From: Lama guanicoe
Lineage: Eukaryota
DNA length: 64,000 nt
Reading direction: 5' to 3'
Assembly: GCA_013239625.1 (NCBI GenBank)
Contig: MU053376.1
Span: 148,833 to 212,832 of the forward strand
A model generated the notes under the pieces. It ran no database searches. It saw only the letters and a program-made list of their open reading frames with translations, and was not told the origin of the DNA. This document shows positions 60,961-64,000 of the stretch, piece after piece. The position numbers were made by a program, and so were the translations under genes. Numbering within the stretch: the stretch's first letter is position 1; each line of letters opens with the position of its first letter.

Positions 60961-62812
60961 GCCCAGGCCCACCTGCGTGAGCCCGGGAACCATGCTTGCT
61001 GTGCCTGGCGGAGCTGTGGCTCTGGGAATCTGGGCCACAGGCCAGGGGCGGTCAGGACAGTGGGCGAAGTCCGAGGTCTAGTCCTGCCACAGTCATTTTT
61101 TAAATAGTTGGGGTTTTGGCAAAAGCAAGGTGACCGTTTGCTTTCAGCGCACAGACCCTGAAATGTAAGCCCGTGTGTATCGAGGCGGGGAACTCTGATA
61201 AGCTGGGGTGGGCTTTGTTTTCGCGGCACCTTTGGCGTGGGAGCTGCAGCAGAGAGCCAGGGGCTAGGGCAAGGGCAGAGGGGAGTTCTAACAGTGCTGT
61301 AAGCTCTAACCCTTAAAACAGGAAGTTGCCTTTTGCCCAGGGCATGTGGAATTTGATCTTTGGACGGTTCATTTTGCAGCCAAACTACAGGATGGTTGAC
61401 AGAGGCCTCCTTGCAGCCAAACTGGTTCTGCTGCCTTTTGGCTGCAGGATGGGGCTCCCTGAAGCCCATCCCTTCTCGTGCCCTCAACTCCAGCTCAGCT
61501 GACAGCCTGTGTCTGATCCATCTCCAAGGGATTTCCCTGGCCACCCATTCCAACATCCACGCCACCTTAACTGCTACGAGTTTCTTCCTTAAGGCTTACT
61601 TAACTCCCCTTTGTTGTAGCCTGAAACCCTCTGGTTTCTGGAAATATCCATATTTAAAATAGCTAGAAAATCCACCAAAGGTTCCTGTTTCTCCTTCAGC
61701 TGTTGCTGTTTCAACTAGTTCTACCACCAGCACCAGCATCACTGCCACTCCTTCTACAGGACTAGCAGTTCCTGAGCAGTTCCTGGCCAGTACGGTGCTA
61801 GGTGCTTAGCACGCGCTGTTTCTGATGCTCGCACCACCAGACAGATATTTTGATTCGAATTTGACAGGTGAAGGAATAGAACCTCAGAGAGCCAGAATTC
61901 AACAACTCCCCCCCTACCCCAAGTCACCAGCGTGAAACGCCATTCCCTGCGCCCAGCCACCACCCTAATCTGCTCGCTGCCTGATCCGGGTCCAGGCTAG
62001 CATCACCGTGACCAGCACAACCGGCCTCTGCCTCGCTCCACCCTCAGCGCTTTCCAGGCTGAGGAGGAGGGAGTGTTCAGTCTCCCAGGCTTCAGACTTA
62101 ATCGCTGTCCTTCCTCCACCTCGACCCTCCCGTTTACTCAGTCTCTTCCATTCTCCCCCATCACACATTCTCCTCTACTCCGGGGTGCTTCCCCTCGGGC
62201 TGGGGGTGGCGGGGGGGGGGTAAATTAATCCGCTTGACTGCAGCCCCGTAGTGTCTACTCAGATCCACTAGCCTTCGTATCAGTGTGAAGTCGGTTCCTC
62301 ATACTCATCCTGCTTAGAAAAGTGGGTGTGGGTCAGTAGCCCAGGTGGTGACTGGCTGCCTGTTTCATTTTTCCTTTTTAGTATCTCTTATTTGCATTCC
62401 CAAGAATGGGAAGTGGAAGAAAACCCTGGCATGGCTGGCCCTCACCCGCCACGGGCAAATACTTCTGTCTTTCCCAGTTGAGTTCGGTTATCACCTTTTC
62501 TCTGGGCCCCTCCTGGACCTGCCCGGGTAGGATGGCTCCCTGAGCTCCCCACATGGCCTCTGGCCACTCCTCCATAAAGCAGTTAGACGGGTCATCACGG
62601 CTCTGAGCTCCTGGGTGCCAGCAACTCTGGCCCCTCTGCACCCCCCCTGAGCCTCGCACAGTGCCTGGTGCTCAATAAATGCTCAGCCTGCCCTGGAGGA
62701 ACATCTCTCTGGCCCTGCGCCTCTCTGGCCCCGGCCCCCTTGCCACGCTGGGCCTCCTCCCTACACCTGGCCAGCCGGTCTCCCTGGCGGAGCGAGGCCC
62801 AGCCCCTCTCAC

Positions 62813-62958
62813 CAGACAGCATGCGGCCCCGGCGGGAGGCCTCGGTCGCCAGGGCACAGGAGATTTCAATCCGCTTCTCCTGCTCCTGCAGCTGGCTCTC
62901 TGAGTCCTGGGGCACGTCCACAAGGTCCCCCTCGCCGATGGGCACCACGTTCTGCATA
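62813..62958 (-). CDS. PLEKHA6: PLEKHA6 coding exon (146 bp)
   Basis: cag|T...G|gtgag; MQNVVPIGEGDLVDVPQDSESQLQEQEKRIEISCALATEASRRGRMLS. Confidence 0.95.
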
Positions 62959-63460
62959 CTGAAGAGGCACAGACACACAGACATGGAGTGGGGACAGGGT
63001 GGTTCGACGGGCTCGGGGGGCCTGCAGACTGAGGTTGGCGGAGGGGCCAGGGCCCTGTGAATGTGTAGACTCCAGGTCCCAGCAAGGCTGTCACCAGGGG
63101 TGAGTGGGACCCTGGCAGAACACATGTTGGGACCCCTACCTGCAACATTTTTAAATGAATTAGAAAGTTCAAGTGAACATTTAGGGCAGCCTTGCAGGGG
63201 GAAAGAAGGCCCCAGAGAGCAGCCCGTCAGTGTGTGCTGGTGACAGCTGTGCTGCAGCCAGTAGGTCTTTTTAGCACCGACGGCAGGGTCCCTGGCCCTG
63301 CCGTGTGCCTGGGCCCAGTCCGCTGCCTGGAGCCGCTGCTTCCTGTTGCTCTCTGCTGGGGAGGCACAGGGCCCCCAAGCACACGGGTCCGGGTGCTGGA
63401 TTCAGTGGCACTAGGTGCCAGGGTGGGCAGAGGAAGTGGAGGTTCACCAAGGAATGTTAC

Positions 63461-63594
63461 CTGGACTTGGCAATGAGCGTCTTGATCCTCTCCACCTTCT
63501 TCTGCTTCTCCTTCAGCTCCTCTGGGCTCAGGGGAGTGTCAGGCTCCAGGTCGATGTACCGTTCAGGGATGAGGACTTTGTCTGGGGTGGAGAG
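63461..63594 (-). CDS. PLEKHA6: PLEKHA6 coding exon (134 bp)
   Basis: cag|CTC...AG|gtaac; LSTPDKVLIPERYIDLEPDTPLSPEELKEKQKKVERIKTLIAKS, a motif typical of PLEKHA5/6/7. Confidence 0.96.
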
Positions 63595-63671
63595 CTGCGG
63601 AGGGACCAGGGTCACCGCCTGCATCCCCTCACAGGGTCTCTCCCCCCCCGCCCCTCCTAGACCCCACTCAC

Positions 63672-63839
63672 CTCCTTACTGATGTCCACATCATAGTGCT
63701 GGGGCTCCAGCTCCATTTTGCGAAGCCGGGCAATTTCCTCCCGCGGTGTCTCGTAGGCCTGCCCGCCAGGCTCCTCTGCCCGCAGAGCTGCCTCCAGGTT
63801 GGAGATGTCCACCTCATGGATGCTGCGGTGACGGCGCAC
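63672..63839 (-). CDS. PLEKHA6: PLEKHA6 coding exon (168 bp); gene continues beyond the window end
   Basis: cag|GTG...GAG|gtgag; VRRHRSIHEVDISNLEAALRAEEPGGQAYETPREEIARLRKMELEPQHYDVDISKE. Confidence 0.95.
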
Positions 63840-64000
63840 CTGGGGGCGGGCCTGTCATGACCACGCAGGGCCTTTGTCCCACTGCCAGCAGCACCTCCAC
63901 TGTTCCCCATGCCTCCAGGCAACCCTTCCCACACCTGGGTCCTCCATGTCCCTGTCCAGCACGCCTGACCTGGACAGCACCCCACTGTTCCCACTGCCCC

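Noticed and set aside
60652..61565. 241-aa and neighbouring ORFs in the PLEKHA6 intron
   Set aside because: Overlap CA/TG low-complexity sequence; no splice or homology support.

Overview
Mammalian genomic DNA, most likely camelid (inferred from nine tRNA-derived SINEs resembling the camelid Vic-1 family), syntenic to human 1q32.1. Five protein-coding genes lie in tandem on the minus strand: ETNK2 exons 1-2 (gene continues past the window start), complete REN (10 exons including a 9-bp microexon, 401 aa), complete KISS1 (138 aa), complete GOLT1A (132 aa), and the 3' end of PLEKHA6. Exon boundaries were read by hand from GT-AG sites and frame continuity. The least expected element is a decayed, near full-length TRIM60-like (RING/B-box/coiled-coil/PRY-SPRY) pseudogene in GOLT1A intron 1 that the ORF track does not reveal. 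Other points: REN has CTG in strong Kozak context where human has its first ATG, the REN HOX-PBX promoter element is altered, the KISS1 exon-2 acceptor appears shifted and would allow in-frame GOLT1A-KISS1 read-through, and PLEKHA6 has three candidate C-termini. All homology calls are from recalled sequences, with no database search. I found no convincing wholly new biological system.
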